This document shows, in pieces, positions 43,550-43,693 of a stretch of DNA of 43,693 nucleotides. The translations under genes were made by a program, and so were the position numbers. The stretch is from a virus (taxonomy: Duplodnaviria > Caudoviricetes). Position 1 is the first letter of the stretch; each line of letters begins with the position of its first letter. The stretch is from positions 1 through 43,693 of the IMG/VR virus record IMGVR_UViG_3300037473_000281, one strand, 5' to 3'. The notes under the pieces were generated by a model that searched no databases, was not told where the DNA came from, and saw only the letters and a program-made list of their open reading frames with translations.

Positions 43550-43693
43550 CCGATCACACGATGGAGGCGTTCTCGCTGAAGGGCTCGCACGTGCGCAGCT
43601 TCTTCGGCCCGCTGCGCGACATCCAGAGCATCCAGCTGATCGACACGGAGGCGTACTGGGACATGCGCCGCGCGCTCGGCATCAGCGACGCGA
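43324..43693 (+). CDS. int: Tyrosine integrase, N-terminal part (truncated by the window)
   Basis: Manual translation VSYHLRRYENSPYWYARITRPDGSRGNWKSTRK...VTLDESL..., an arm-binding-like domain followed by a SAM-like domain; GGAGG RBS; catalytic domain not visible. Confidence 0.7.
   Translation, partial: MSYHLRRYENSPYWYARITRPDGSRGNWKSTRKARKHDARLVAEQWDAAATSNHRIVTLDESLELLAAHKERKRVTDHTMEAFSLKGSHVRSFFGPLRDIQSIQLIDTEAYWDMRRALGISDA

Larger units (their letters stand above)
1..43693. mobile_element. Temperate myovirus/prophage with lambda-like organisation, Mu-like contractile tail and tyrosine integrase; both ends lie outside the window
   Basis: Continuous series of tail, head, terminase, replication, cro/cI switch, recombination, xis and int modules; no host housekeeping genes seen. 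Confidence 0.95.

Noticed and set aside
1-43693. tRNA/rRNA genes and att sites
   Set aside because: None recognised by eye; the att sites probably lie outside the window. tRNAscan was not run

Overview
This window is a nearly complete temperate phage or prophage in lambda-like gene order, in high-GC DNA (roughly 70% by eye). The host is probably a myxobacterium, an inference from GC content and the style of a moron lipoprotein. The minus strand, read right to left, carries cro, an HNH gene, early genes, a replication initiator with iterons, a SleB-like hydrolase, a DNA methyltransferase, the terminases, portal, scaffold, major capsid protein and neck, then a Mu-like contractile tail (sheath, tube, chaperone with -1 frameshift, tape measure, gpN/gpP/gp45-48 equivalents) and a tail fibre. 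The plus strand carries an XRE repressor, small early genes, an NDT-like protein, YqaJ exonuclease with an annealing protein, DnaQ, a MazG-like protein, a HerA-like ATPase, xis and the start of an integrase. The most unusual points are: a twin-operator immunity switch whose ImmA/IrrE-like partner has lost HExxH and faces the repressor; a G9 tract in a micro-ORF coupled to the methyltransferase; a ~100-aa insertion in the capsid protein; a membrane-anchored SleB-like lysin in the early region; an orphan HerA-like ATPase with tandem winged helices; and terminators in unexpected places. All calls come from motif recognition and synteny; no database searches were run.
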